From the NCBI GenBank assembly GCA_963921275.4, contig OZ001293.3:1056001-1120000 (forward strand): 64,000 nucleotides of DNA. The letters are read 5' to 3'. The translations under genes and the position numbers were made by a program. Each line of letters begins with the position of its first letter. Within the stretch, counting starts at the first letter, position 1. This DNA comes from an uncultured Hormoscilla sp. (lineage in GTDB: Bacteria > Cyanobacteriota > Cyanobacteriia > Cyanobacteriales > Desertifilaceae). The notes beneath the pieces are model-generated. The model had not been told where the DNA came from and ran no database searches. It saw only the letters and a program-made list of their open reading frames with translations. Shown in pieces: positions 14,741-24,442 of the stretch.

Positions 14741-14864
14741 CAATACTTCGGACTTGTTGTTAGTGACAACAGTAGAATGCGGATTTCGTACTCGGAAATG
14801 GTCCCCATCACCAACAATAAAATGAGAATTTCAGCCAATGACTGGAAAAATGTCCGGACTATTG
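14741..14864. mobile_element. ~124-bp MITE (TIR CAATACTTCGGAC/GTCCGGACTATTG); second copy at 28483-28605
   Basis: Imperfect terminal inverted repeats and two similar copies in the window. Confidence 0.65.
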
Positions 14865-14995
14865 ATAAGAAAAAGCAGGAGAATTAGCTCTCAGCCGAAA
14901 TTGATTCAGCTATCCGAAGTTTCGCTCAACAATCCACTGCTGGGGCAACCGCTCCAAAAATAAAGGTTCGTTCGATATTATCGTTGACATCAGAG

Positions 14996-17023
14996 ATGCT
15001 ACCAGAAGTACAAAAGGATCACTGGCCTAGATGGCCAGAAGTAGACCGCGATACATTCGATGCGGTCAACGCCAGTCTATACACTAGGCGCTGGGCGCTC
15101 GCTAGCGCTCCTAATCGAGGCGGCAGCAGCATCGACCGCGCCGAAGCTCAACTCGCAGCCTTATTTGGACGCGCTTTTGGCATTACAACTTGCAATGGTT
15201 CCGCTGCCATTGTCATTGCCCTACAAGCTTTGGGCATTGGGGCGGGCGATCGCGTCTTAGTCACCGCTCTAACCTGGGTAGGCTGTGCTACTGCCATCCT
15301 GCGTGTCGGGGCAGTGCCAGTGTTCGCTGACTCTGGAGACAATACGCAGCTAATGGCAATTTCCGAGTCTCAGTGCGCCCAGTGGGGGAAAATTAATGCC
15401 ATCCTGGCAGTCCACCTCTATGCCTCGCAACTGGAGATCGAAACTTGGCGGCAAGCCTTCCCTGGCGTGCCCATTATCGAAGACTGTTCCCACTGCCAAG
15501 GGGCTCTTGACCCTACAGGGCGTCCCTTGGGCTCCAGGGGAGAAATTGCTATTTGTAGCTTGCAAGGCAGTAAAATTATCACTTGCGGTGAAGGCGGGGC
15601 AGCATTGACAGACAATCCCGAATTAGCCCAGCGCCTAGCCGCCTTGCGTGCTGACTCGCGGGTGCGCCCCCAGGAATTTAGTCTCTGGCGAGAGGTAGAT
15701 TTAGAACCATCCCCCCTGGTACACGGCGCTAACTTTGCCCTCTTAGAGATTGCCGCCGGACTATTGCTAGATCAATTACAACGGTTTCCAGAGCAGGCTA
15801 AAAGGCGAGCGCAAGGTCTAGAACATTTTCGGTCTGCCTCGCAAAAATTGGGATTGGAAGTAATTGGCGATCGACCCAGCTGGCAATCAGGATCTTTTTA
15901 TGGTGTCATGGTTTGGCTAGGAGAAAATTTCTTTCAAAAGACCAACAGAGAAGACTGGCTGCGCCAAGTAAAGCAGAATTGCCGCATTGCCCTGTCTCCG
16001 GTATATCCGCCTATCCCCCAGTCGCCCTTGTATCGCCCGGCGGTCATGAAGCAGTATGCTAACCTAGCAACAGCTAATTTTGACCTGAATCATGCTAAGA
16101 AATGGCATGACAGTGGATTAGTAATCCCCCATTGGGCGTTCTTAGCTGCCCCTGCTACCCTAGTAAATTTAGCCGAAACTTTAGATGCCCTGAGAAACAA
16201 TAAAACTCCATCAGCGGCAGTACAGTCGCAGACACCTACCTCCACTAACTACCCAGAAATCGCTGTAGTAATTCTCACTAACGGTAAGCGTCCAACTTTA
16301 CCGCTAGCGCTAGCCAGCGTTGCGGCCCAAGATTATCCTGGTAGCGTGAAAGTGCTGATTCTCAAAGATGAGACAGACAGCAGTCAAAAAGTCCCTATTG
16401 ATTATTCTTCTAGCTTCCCTGCGGCTAAAGAAATTAGCATCCAAACCAAAGAAGTATGGCAGGATTGCCCGCTTGTAGCCAGAATAGCTCGGTTGCGGAA
16501 TTTGGCCCTAGAGTTTGTTAGCAGCCCCCTAGTATGTTTCCTCGACGACGATAACACCTGGGAATCTCATCACTTATCGAGTTTGTGGCAAGTCATGGCA
16601 GCAGAGGGAGTGCCTGCCGCCCATAGCTGGCGGCGCTTGCTTAATCCAGACGGGACAAATTGGCAGGGCGATCGCTTTCCTTGGCTGCCTCCTGGCAAGA
16701 CCGAAAAACACCGCTACGCCATCTATCGAGAATGTGGTATGTTTAGTCCTGGCAGTAGTATAATCAAGGATACCGTCTCTTTGCTTGTAGGAACAGAAGA
16801 CTTCGGCATGGTAGATATGGGCGAGTGGCTGCTAGAGACAACTTTAATCCGGCAATTGCGATTTTATACCACCTACTCAAAGTCAGAAATCGCCAATATG
16901 TGTGGAGAAGATGACAAACTCTTAAACTGCTTGCGTCAGTTTGGTATTGACATCGCCTGCACCAAGCAACCAACCTTAATCTACCAACTCGGTGGAATGT
17001 CCAACACCTTTGCTAACCTATAG
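14996..17023 (+). CDS. Fusion: DegT/DnrJ/StrS-family PLP aminotransferase (BtrR/StsC-like inosose aminotransferase) + GT2 glycosyltransferase
   Basis: The N-terminal ~410 aa carry NGSAAIVIALQALGIG.GD.V, IIEDCSH, SLQGSKIITCGEGG (PLP Lys), and DHWP.WP / RWA / LRADSRV / LLDQLQ, which I recall from butirosin BtrR. The C-terminal ~260 aa are GT-A (IAVVILT...LASVAAQDY...RLRNLAL...CFLDDD...GEDD). Confidence 0.88.
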   Translation: MLPEVQKDHWPRWPEVDRDTFDAVNASLYTRRWALASAPNRGGSSIDRAEAQLAALFGRAFGITTCNGSAAIVIALQALGIGAGDRVLVTALTWVGCATAILRVGAVPVFADSGDNTQLMAISESQCAQWGKINAILAVHLYASQLEIETWRQAFPGVPIIEDCSHCQGALDPTGRPLGSRGEIAICSLQGSKIITCGEGGAALTDNPELAQRLAALRADSRVRPQEFSLWREVDLEPSPLVHGANFALLEIAAGLLLDQLQRFPEQAKRRAQGLEHFRSASQKLGLEVIGDRPSWQSGSFYGVMVWLGENFFQKTNREDWLRQVKQNCRIALSPVYPPIPQSPLYRPAVMKQYANLATANFDLNHAKKWHDSGLVIPHWAFLAAPATLVNLAETLDALRNNKTPSAAVQSQTPTSTNYPEIAVVILTNGKRPTLPLALASVAAQDYPGSVKVLILKDETDSSQKVPIDYSSSFPAAKEISIQTKEVWQDCPLVARIARLRNLALEFVSSPLVCFLDDDNTWESHHLSSLWQVMAAEGVPAAHSWRRLLNPDGTNWQGDRFPWLPPGKTEKHRYAIYRECGMFSPGSSIIKDTVSLLVGTEDFGMVDMGEWLLETTLIRQLRFYTTYSKSEIANMCGEDDKLLNCLRQFGIDIACTKQPTLIYQLGGMSNTFANL

Positions 17024-17046
17024 ATAGAAAGGAGCATTGCTAAATC

Positions 17047-18111
17047 ATGATTCGCGAACAAAATCGCTTGCTAAACCTAGACGAATACCGACAAGGCAAA
17101 ACCAACCTCAACAGCCGCCCTCAGTATCTAATTGTAGAGCTAACTCAAGGCTGCAATCTTTACTGTGATATGTGCCGACCTGAGGTAATAAGTACAAAAT
17201 CTCGCCTGATGTCGGCAGAGACATTTCAAAAAATTGCCTCAGAACTTTTTCCTACAGCCAAAATGATAGATTTGCGAGGTTGGGGAGAAAGTCTAATTCT
17301 GCCAAATATACGCGAATATATAGAAACAGCCGTTAGTTTTGACGTTGACATCAGGTTTGTCACTAACCTATCATTTGTGCGGGATGAAATTCTCGATTTG
17401 CTAGTGGAATATGGTTGCTATTTATCCATATCAGTAGATAGCCCCGATCCCGAAACCTTTGCTCGACTGCGACGGGGCGGCAATCTCGTAAAAGTAGAGC
17501 GTAATTTGCGCAAGCTAACAATAGCATATCGTGCTAAGTTTGGCTCTGCCGATCGCATCAACCTAACGACGACCGTACAAAAGCCAGCTTTAGCAACTCT
17601 ACCCAATCTCATCGACTTTGCCGCCAACCTTGGGATTGAGGAAATTCGCCTGTTTGGCGTTACGGTCCCCTGTGATTCGCCCCTAACACTGGACAAGCAA
17701 GAAGCAGAAATTGATGCTACCCTCGCTCAAATGAAAGAGCGCAGTAAATTGCACGGAGTTAAATTAATCGCAGGCACGAAATTGGGTTCTCTTCCCCACA
17801 AACATCCAGACGCTTCCCCTTGTTTTCATCCTTGGAGTTACGTTTATTTTGCTTATGATGGCTCCGTTGGCTTCTGCGATCACTTGATCGGCCCCGACGG
17901 ATCGGAGTATATCTTAGGTAATCTGAATAACTCTAGCTTTGAGGAAATTTGGAATGGAGAGGAGTGGCAAGTTTTGCGGCAAGAACACTTAACAACTCGT
18001 TCGGCTCATGCTCCTTATTTTGAAGAGTGTAGTTGGTGTTATAAGAATCGCTATGTGGATTTTGAGAACTTCTTTTTGCCAGAAGCTAAAGAAGAAATAT
18101 GCAGGCTTTGA
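17047..18111 (+). CDS. Radical SAM enzyme with a C-terminal SPASM/twitch domain
   Basis: CNLYCDMC, GWGES, and C-terminal PCFHPW...DGSVGFC...LGNL...EEIWN...CSWC. Confidence 0.93.
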   Translation: MIREQNRLLNLDEYRQGKTNLNSRPQYLIVELTQGCNLYCDMCRPEVISTKSRLMSAETFQKIASELFPTAKMIDLRGWGESLILPNIREYIETAVSFDVDIRFVTNLSFVRDEILDLLVEYGCYLSISVDSPDPETFARLRRGGNLVKVERNLRKLTIAYRAKFGSADRINLTTTVQKPALATLPNLIDFAANLGIEEIRLFGVTVPCDSPLTLDKQEAEIDATLAQMKERSKLHGVKLIAGTKLGSLPHKHPDASPCFHPWSYVYFAYDGSVGFCDHLIGPDGSEYILGNLNNSSFEEIWNGEEWQVLRQEHLTTRSAHAPYFEECSWCYKNRYVDFENFFLPEAKEEICRL

Positions 18112-18842
18112 AATTTAATAATCTGGGGATGCCAACAAAAATGCCAAAAAGTGTTATTCCGCCTAGCCATCAAATAGCGCAGTCATTGATAGCCAAAATT
18201 TTCTCGCTCAGTCCCTATGACAAATTTGACTATCAATCTATTCCTCTAGACATGCAAGGGTGGGGTTCTACGGACTCAATTTTTGCACAATTGATTCAGA
18301 CAGTTCAGCCCAAGCTGATTGTTGAGGTTGGGACTTGGAAAGGCGCCTCAGCTATCCACATGGCGAATCTCTTGAAAGGAGAAAATATTGATGGGGCAAT
18401 TTTGTGTATTGATACCTGGTTGGGAGGGTTAGAACATCTGATTGATAAAGAAGATCCAGAATTAGGATTAAGCAAATTTCGCGAGCACGGATACCCTACT
18501 CTTTACTATCAGTTTTTAGCCAATGTGATGCATAGCGGATTGGAAAACTATATTGTTCCTCTGCCTACCACTAGCAAAATTGCTGCTAAATGGCTCGAAC
18601 ATTATCAAATTGTGCCTGATTTGATTTATATTGATGCCAGCCACGACCGAGATGATGTCTATGCAGATGTGGTTGCTTATTGGAAGTTGTTGAGTCCTGA
18701 TGGCGTCATGTTCGGAGATGATTGGTCGGAGGGTTGGAGTGGAGTAATTGAAGCAGTAAGTGAATTTGCAAAAGTGTATCAGCTTGAGGTAGGATTAGAT
18801 GGAGAGAAATGGTTTATAAAGAAGACAAAACAAGAAGTATGA
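18099..18842 (+). CDS. Class I SAM-dependent methyltransferase (Methyltransf_24-like)
   Basis: IVEVGTWKGAS, CIDTW, DLIYIDASH, GVMFGDDW motifs. Confidence 0.88.
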   Translation: MQALKFNNLGMPTKMPKSVIPPSHQIAQSLIAKIFSLSPYDKFDYQSIPLDMQGWGSTDSIFAQLIQTVQPKLIVEVGTWKGASAIHMANLLKGENIDGAILCIDTWLGGLEHLIDKEDPELGLSKFREHGYPTLYYQFLANVMHSGLENYIVPLPTTSKIAAKWLEHYQIVPDLIYIDASHDRDDVYADVVAYWKLLSPDGVMFGDDWSEGWSGVIEAVSEFAKVYQLEVGLDGEKWFIKKTKQEV

Positions 18843-18885
18843 AAACACAAGTTGGCAGGTATGATATTTAGAGGAAGATGGGAAA

Positions 18886-20274
18886 ATGACAAAAGACAAA
18901 GCTCCCTATTTATCGGTTATTATTCCAGTTCATAACAAGCAGGATTCTTTACGTCGGTTATTAGCAGGGCTCAAGGAGCAAGAACCTCCAGCATTAAATT
19001 ATGAAATTATTTTCATTGCCGATGCTTGTAGCGATGAAAGTTTGCCGATGCTAAAATCAGCGAAAAAGGAACAAAGCTTCCAAATTGTTGAAACAAATCC
19101 CGAACTGCGAGGCCCTAGCAATGCTCGCAATCTTGGTATTGAAACAGCGAAGGGGGCGCATTGTTTATTTATAGATGCAGATATATTACTTCCGGCAAAT
19201 TTTTTAAGGGTTGTCATTCACCATTGCCAAGAGTTTCCTGATACTGTATATTTGGCTCCTGTTTGTGGCAATTCAGGTTCTTTGTCTACTTGGCCTTTTT
19301 TAGTGCCAAATAGTCACTCAATAGAGAATTTAAGTAATAGGGAATTATTGCTGTGGGCAAAGGCACAAAAACCCCTGCAAGATTTAAGGGTAGCTTTTGT
19401 AGAAGCATCAGCAGGCTGGTTCGATCGCTTACCTGCGCCTTGGGTTTTTTCTTGGAGTAGCGTGATGGCAGTACGGCGATAAATACTGCTGAAAGTTGGA
19501 GGCTTTTATACGTCTTTTCGAGAAAAGGGATCGGAAGATTTAGAATTAGGCTATCGGTTGTACAAACTTGGCATCAGATTTCGGCTGATGCTAGATACCT
19601 ATGTGTTTCATTTGCCGCATAAGCGCGATCGGGACAAAGAAGAACGTACCGATAGGCTGCAAGAAAGGCAAATGCTTAACATGTATCCCACTCGCCAAAT
19701 GGAAGCTTTATGTGCATTTGATGGAGCCCACGCTAATGCTATGATTGAGTGCTTGCAAACTATCGATCGAGAAGCCGTCAATCAGATTAAAATGTACTGG
19801 GCAACGCCTTTTGACGGACATAAATTAGGTCTTCCAGACAAAATTCCTTTGGTAATGGGAACGATTGCTGATTGGATGGTTTCAGCTTGGAAACCTGATT
19901 ACACAGTCAATCCAGGTAGTGACTCAAACAACCAAAATCTGTCTTTGATTGGGCTAGCGCTGCCTTTTGACGATAAAACTTTTGCTAGTGCGATTTTAGT
20001 GGGGCTTTGGCAAATTTTGCCGGAACGCCTGAGTTGTAGAATTTTTCAAGAAACACTGCGGGTAGCAGATCGGGTGTTTTTACTTAAACATACTCAGATG
20101 CCTGGAGAGCTAATCCCCTGGCCTCTGGATGTATTAGCGATCCACGATACACCCTACTGGGAGCGTACCTGTGCTATTCGCCGCTCGTTCTTTGACTTCT
20201 CGCTCACAGCCTACGGTCAAGATGGTAGCGCCGAATTATTTCAGATTGAACTATCGAGCCACTGCCCACAATAA
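18886..20274 (+). pseudogene. GT2 glycosyltransferase with a C-terminal extension, interrupted by an in-frame TAA at 19480
   Basis: SVIIPVHN, GPSNARNLG and FIDAD, then VRR*ILLKVGGF...GSEDLELGYRL in the same frame as ORF 19558-20274. Confidence 0.85.
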
Positions 20275-20360
20275 ATTGATGCGGATTCAGGCTAAAGTAA
20301 GAAAAATATAATCCACAAATAATGTTATTTCACTAGAATGAACTCAAAAGCAGAGCAACC

Positions 20361-20987
20361 GTGGGCGAATTATGGAGCCAGCGCATTCAGTTGGTGCCAG
20401 GATGGCTCAATTCCTGGGAAGGTCGCAGATTAATGGATTTGGCTGAAGCGATGGCAGCAAAAGGACCTATCGTGGAAATTGGTATGTATTGGGGACGCTC
20501 TACTTTATGCTTGGCAGAAGGTGTTCGTCGCGCTGGAAAAGGACATATCTGGACAATCGATCTGTTTGAGGAAACTTATACCTTTGAAGGCTGTCCTTCT
20601 CCTCATCCTTCATTCGTGCAATCCCAACAAACTTTAGTAGACCACAAGGTGCAGGACTTGGTAACCATTGTTAATGGAGATTCGCGACTTCCAAGTACCA
20701 CAAAACGGACACCAGATGATATAGCTTTGCTATTTGTAGATGGGGATCATGTTTTTGATGCCCTCAACCAAGAGTGGAAGTTGTGGAAGCCTAAGTTAAG
20801 CAAAGATAGCGTCATAGTATTCCACGACTACGATAATGAATGTGTTGGGGACGGAGTGACTCGGTTCTGTGATGAGGTGCTCCGACCACAATTTTTACAA
20901 GTGGAAGTGTGCGATCGCTTCAAACGAGAACCAGGGGCTATCCCTGGTGGAATGTTTATTGCTAAATCTTTGCATGCAAAGATTTAG
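20361..20987 (+). CDS. Class I SAM-dependent methyltransferase (Methyltransf_24-like)
   Basis: IVEIGMYWGRST, TIDLF, LLFVDGDH, IVFHDY. Confidence 0.88.
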   Translation: MGELWSQRIQLVPGWLNSWEGRRLMDLAEAMAAKGPIVEIGMYWGRSTLCLAEGVRRAGKGHIWTIDLFEETYTFEGCPSPHPSFVQSQQTLVDHKVQDLVTIVNGDSRLPSTTKRTPDDIALLFVDGDHVFDALNQEWKLWKPKLSKDSVIVFHDYDNECVGDGVTRFCDEVLRPQFLQVEVCDRFKREPGAIPGGMFIAKSLHAKI

Positions 20988-21163
20988 CAACCTCCGTTAG
21001 GGACTTGTGTAGAAATAAAGTACCAGTCAAACCTGCTGTACTCTTGAAATTGCTTTACCGGCGTTGGTACATTAATAACCAGCAAGTCCCTTACTTCAAC
21101 TTCCTGGGATCGTGACCAGGTTTTAATGTCAACTGAACCAGTTTTAAATAGAAGGAGACAAAA

Positions 21164-22356
21164 ATGAACAGCAGCGAAAAAAATCGGGTAGGTGTTTGGA
21201 TTGTTGGCGGACGCGGTTCCATCGCTACGACAACTATATTAGGCAAATTTCTACTTCAAGATCGGAAAATAGAGCCTATTAGCCTGCTAACCTGTTCAGA
21301 AGATTTTCAGGATTTACCATTTTTGGATTGGCAAGACCTTACCTTTGGCGGCTGGGATATTCATTCCCATAGCTTGACTAAATCTTTAGAAGTGCTAATA
21401 GAAGATAATGTAGTCCCGTTAAAATTGCAGTTAGATGCAACTAACTACCTACAACAAGTAGATCCAAACATTGAGAATATCTTTCAGCTCTTGCCGTTAG
21501 AAGAAAAATTGCCCCCTAGCAAGCAAATACAGGGTTTGCGTCGATGTTTAGAGCGAGTTAAACAGGAGCAAAATTTAGAGCGGCTTATTGTGGTTGATTT
21601 GTCTTCTACTCAACCTGTGGCTGAAATTGAAGATAAATTATTTAGCTTTGCCGCCTGGGAAGCTTTACAGGTATTTCTAGAATCTACAAAGGATTCTATA
21701 CCTTGGAGCGTAATCTATGCTACGGCTGCCCTTTTAGAAAACTGCGCCTACATTAACTTTACTCCTAATATTGGCACTGAGTTACCAGCATTACAAGATT
21801 TGGCATTGCAGCGCCGACTACCCCATGCAGGTAAAGATGGGAAAACGGGGGAAACGCTCTTGAAAACTGTTTTAGCTCCTATGTTTCTGTATCGCCAAAT
21901 GAAGGTATTATCCTGGCAAAGCTACAATATGCTAGGTAACAGCGACGGGGCAATACTGTCCAATCCTAATAGTAAAAAAGCCAAAATCCGGTCCAAAGAT
22001 TCTTCCCTGCGAAAATTTTAACCAACAGTCCGGACCTTCACAGTCACATTGCCATTGATTACGTTCCTTCCTTAGGAGACTGGAAAACGGCAATTAATTT
22101 TGTGCATTTTGAAGGATTTTTAAATACACGGATGTCGTTTCAGTTTACTTGGTCAGGATGCGATACGATTTTAGCGGTACCCCTAGTGCTAGATTTAATT
22201 CGCTTTGTGGAACTAGCATGGCGTCAGGGGGAATTTGGCAAGCTCGATTACTTATGCCCCTATTTCAAATCCCCGATAGAGTATCCTGAAGCTGACTTTC
22301 GAGAACAAATCAGGACGCTGTTTGCTCATTTCCCTGGGGTCCAGAATAGTGAATGA
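21164..22356 (+). pseudogene. ino1: Myo-inositol-1-phosphate synthase (inositol-3-phosphate synthase), frameshifted at ~22015
   Basis: GVWIVGGRGSIATT, FGGWD, YINFTP, GKDGKTGETLLKTVLAPMF, NMLGNSDG. One extra A in the run at 22012-22015 restores ...IDYVPSLGDWKTA...HFEGFL...GCDTILAVPLVLDL. Confidence 0.9.
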
Positions 22357-22612
22357 GCGCCTGGAAGTCCGGATCAGAGTTTAATGCAGTTGCTATTTTG
22401 TCATTAGACCTCTTGCAAAAGTAACAGGACTTACGCATAGACTCCTTCTGTAGGGTGCGCAGTGCACACCAGACGCTATATATAGCTATCAATCCTACAA
22501 TGTGCGTAAGTCCTAAGTAAGTTAAGCAATCAAAAGTGATGGTGTTACAGTCAAATCTGATCCCATTCCCTTTGCCCTTTGCCCCTTTCCCCAGACTTTT
22601 GCAAGAAGTCTA

Positions 22613-23764
22613 TTATGCTTCCACTATGTACACCGTCTGGCAATTTCTTTCGGATTCAACAAATCCTTCAAAAGCATCAAGATAGGGACGCCCAACCCGA
22701 ACATCTAGTTGATGCAGGTGATTTTGAGCAACTTTCCAAGGTTGAGATCGGCAAAATTGGTGAGCTAATGCTTCTTCGCTAGCAATTTTCAGCCTGGGGG
22801 GAGCATTTTTGCTTTGATGTAGTTCATAGCTTATGCCTGTCTTTGCCAGCATTACGGCAGCAAACCGGGCAGCACTAGGAGTAAACACCTTGGTATTAAT
22901 CCAAAGTCCGTCTGCACCTATCCAACCTGCTACTTGTTTAAGTGCTTTGAGTGCTGCGGGTGCTAATTGCTCGATGGTACGACGCCAGTAAGGATTTAAA
23001 TCAAAGCTATCAATTAGCAGTACTCGGCGACCAGCCAACTCGTCTCGCCCCACCACGCAGTGAATTTGACCCGCACAGCGAAAGTTAATATATATTTCTA
23101 AGCAAAAAATGCTTGGATCGAAAAGATAGAAAAACATAATATCAGAGTTATCGCACTTCGGTGCATGAAAAGCCGTGCAAATGTCAGAATAGTTGCCTTG
23201 AGCAAAATCGAGGCTGGGGCTGCGCGACCAAATGGAAAAAAATAAAGTCCGGTCGAGAATGCGTGGCAGCTGCTTTTTTACCGCACCTTGAGCATTTAAC
23301 CAAGCGCGGGGTTCTTCAGTCTGCAAAGCTTCTATAGCTTTCTCAACCAGTCCCGGTGTTACCCGCATCCCTTTTTGGGAAGCTGCCTTAATCTGGTTGA
23401 GGCAAAACTCAGACAGATTATGTACGCTCCCACTAACGTCCAAACACAGACTAGCAGGATAGACAAGACCTGTTTTAGCTGCAAAAGCCGCAAATTCTCC
23501 AGTGCGGCAGTAGTCTAGAATATTTGCTAACAGTGAGGAGTTTTGCGCTTCTAATTTCCAGAGTTGCAGCCACGCTGCATCGAGGTGATATCTTTTGGGG
23601 TTGGACATCCATTTCTCGGCAACTAGCTTAGTCAGATTATCAAAACCAAAGGCTTTGATGTGGTTGTACTCTTGCTTGTCCTCTAGGGAGCATATTTGGC
23701 ATAAGAGCGTGGCAAGGTGGTGAGCTGTTTGATTCGGCATTTCTATTGATTGCTGGTATTCCAT
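22613..23764 (-). CDS. Hypothetical protein (383 aa)
   Basis: Long clean ORF between inositol-phosphate synthase and the ABC transporter; no family recognised. Confidence 0.65.
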   Translation of the reverse strand: MEYQQSIEMPNQTAHHLATLLCQICSLEDKQEYNHIKAFGFDNLTKLVAEKWMSNPKRYHLDAAWLQLWKLEAQNSSLLANILDYCRTGEFAAFAAKTGLVYPASLCLDVSGSVHNLSEFCLNQIKAASQKGMRVTPGLVEKAIEALQTEEPRAWLNAQGAVKKQLPRILDRTLFFSIWSRSPSLDFAQGNYSDICTAFHAPKCDNSDIMFFYLFDPSIFCLEIYINFRCAGQIHCVVGRDELAGRRVLLIDSFDLNPYWRRTIEQLAPAALKALKQVAGWIGADGLWINTKVFTPSAARFAAVMLAKTGISYELHQSKNAPPRLKIASEEALAHQFCRSQPWKVAQNHLHQLDVRVGRPYLDAFEGFVESERNCQTVYIVEA

Positions 23765-24067
23765 TGCTATATCAATCCTAAATCATTTGTAAAATTTTCG
23801 CCACCTAAAAGGGTTGCCACGATTTGATCGGAAACCCGAATATGCAGTTTAGATGCGCGACAGCTTAGAAACTGATCGCTATATGTCTTAGTTAATGAGG
23901 CTTTCAGCGCTTGGCCAGTATGACGGTTTTCCCGATCTGACACAAGAGCGTTAGGATTGCTATAGTAGGTCAATCTCATATCTTGTACCTGTCGCAACAG
24001 GCCGCCTCTGGTTAAAATTGTCCGCTAAGAGCGCAAGTCCACAAAAGTTGACTAAACCCTTTCTATA

Positions 24068-24130
24068 CAAGGCTTTCAGTCGGTTTTCAACCGACTTTAG
24101 CTATTAGCCGTGGGTTTAAACCCACGGCGG
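24068..24130. repeat. REP-like double hairpin (AGTCGGTTTTCAACCGACT + GCCGTGGGTTTAAACCCACGGC); related copy reversed at ~54330-54385
   Basis: Two adjacent inverted repeats recurring in the window. Confidence 0.6.
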
Positions 24131-24442
24131 GCCAGGAGGCGTTCTTGAGAATGGTGCAAGATCTCAGTCAATGACAATTTGACAAGAGCGCTTCTAGATC
24201 GGTTAAGATTAATCTGTCCTTCGGCAAACTTTTCTAAGTAGTTGTGCAAAATTATTTTTATATTTCTGCGAGGGGGCGATCGTCCAGGAAAGTTATGGCT
24301 CTCAAGCTCTATCCCATAAGGATTTCAGAAAATTAACTTCTCGGAAATTGACGGTTGGCAAAAATATCAAAATAATTTTGCCTATGTACTTAGTAAGCCT
24401 TGTGACCGTTTTTATTTTACCACTCCTACATTTCCTTTTTCA

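Noticed and set aside
21164..22356. ebo-type cluster based on the inositol-phosphate synthase
   Set aside because: No UbiA prenyltransferase, TatD-like, EboE or phosphodiesterase genes accompany it.
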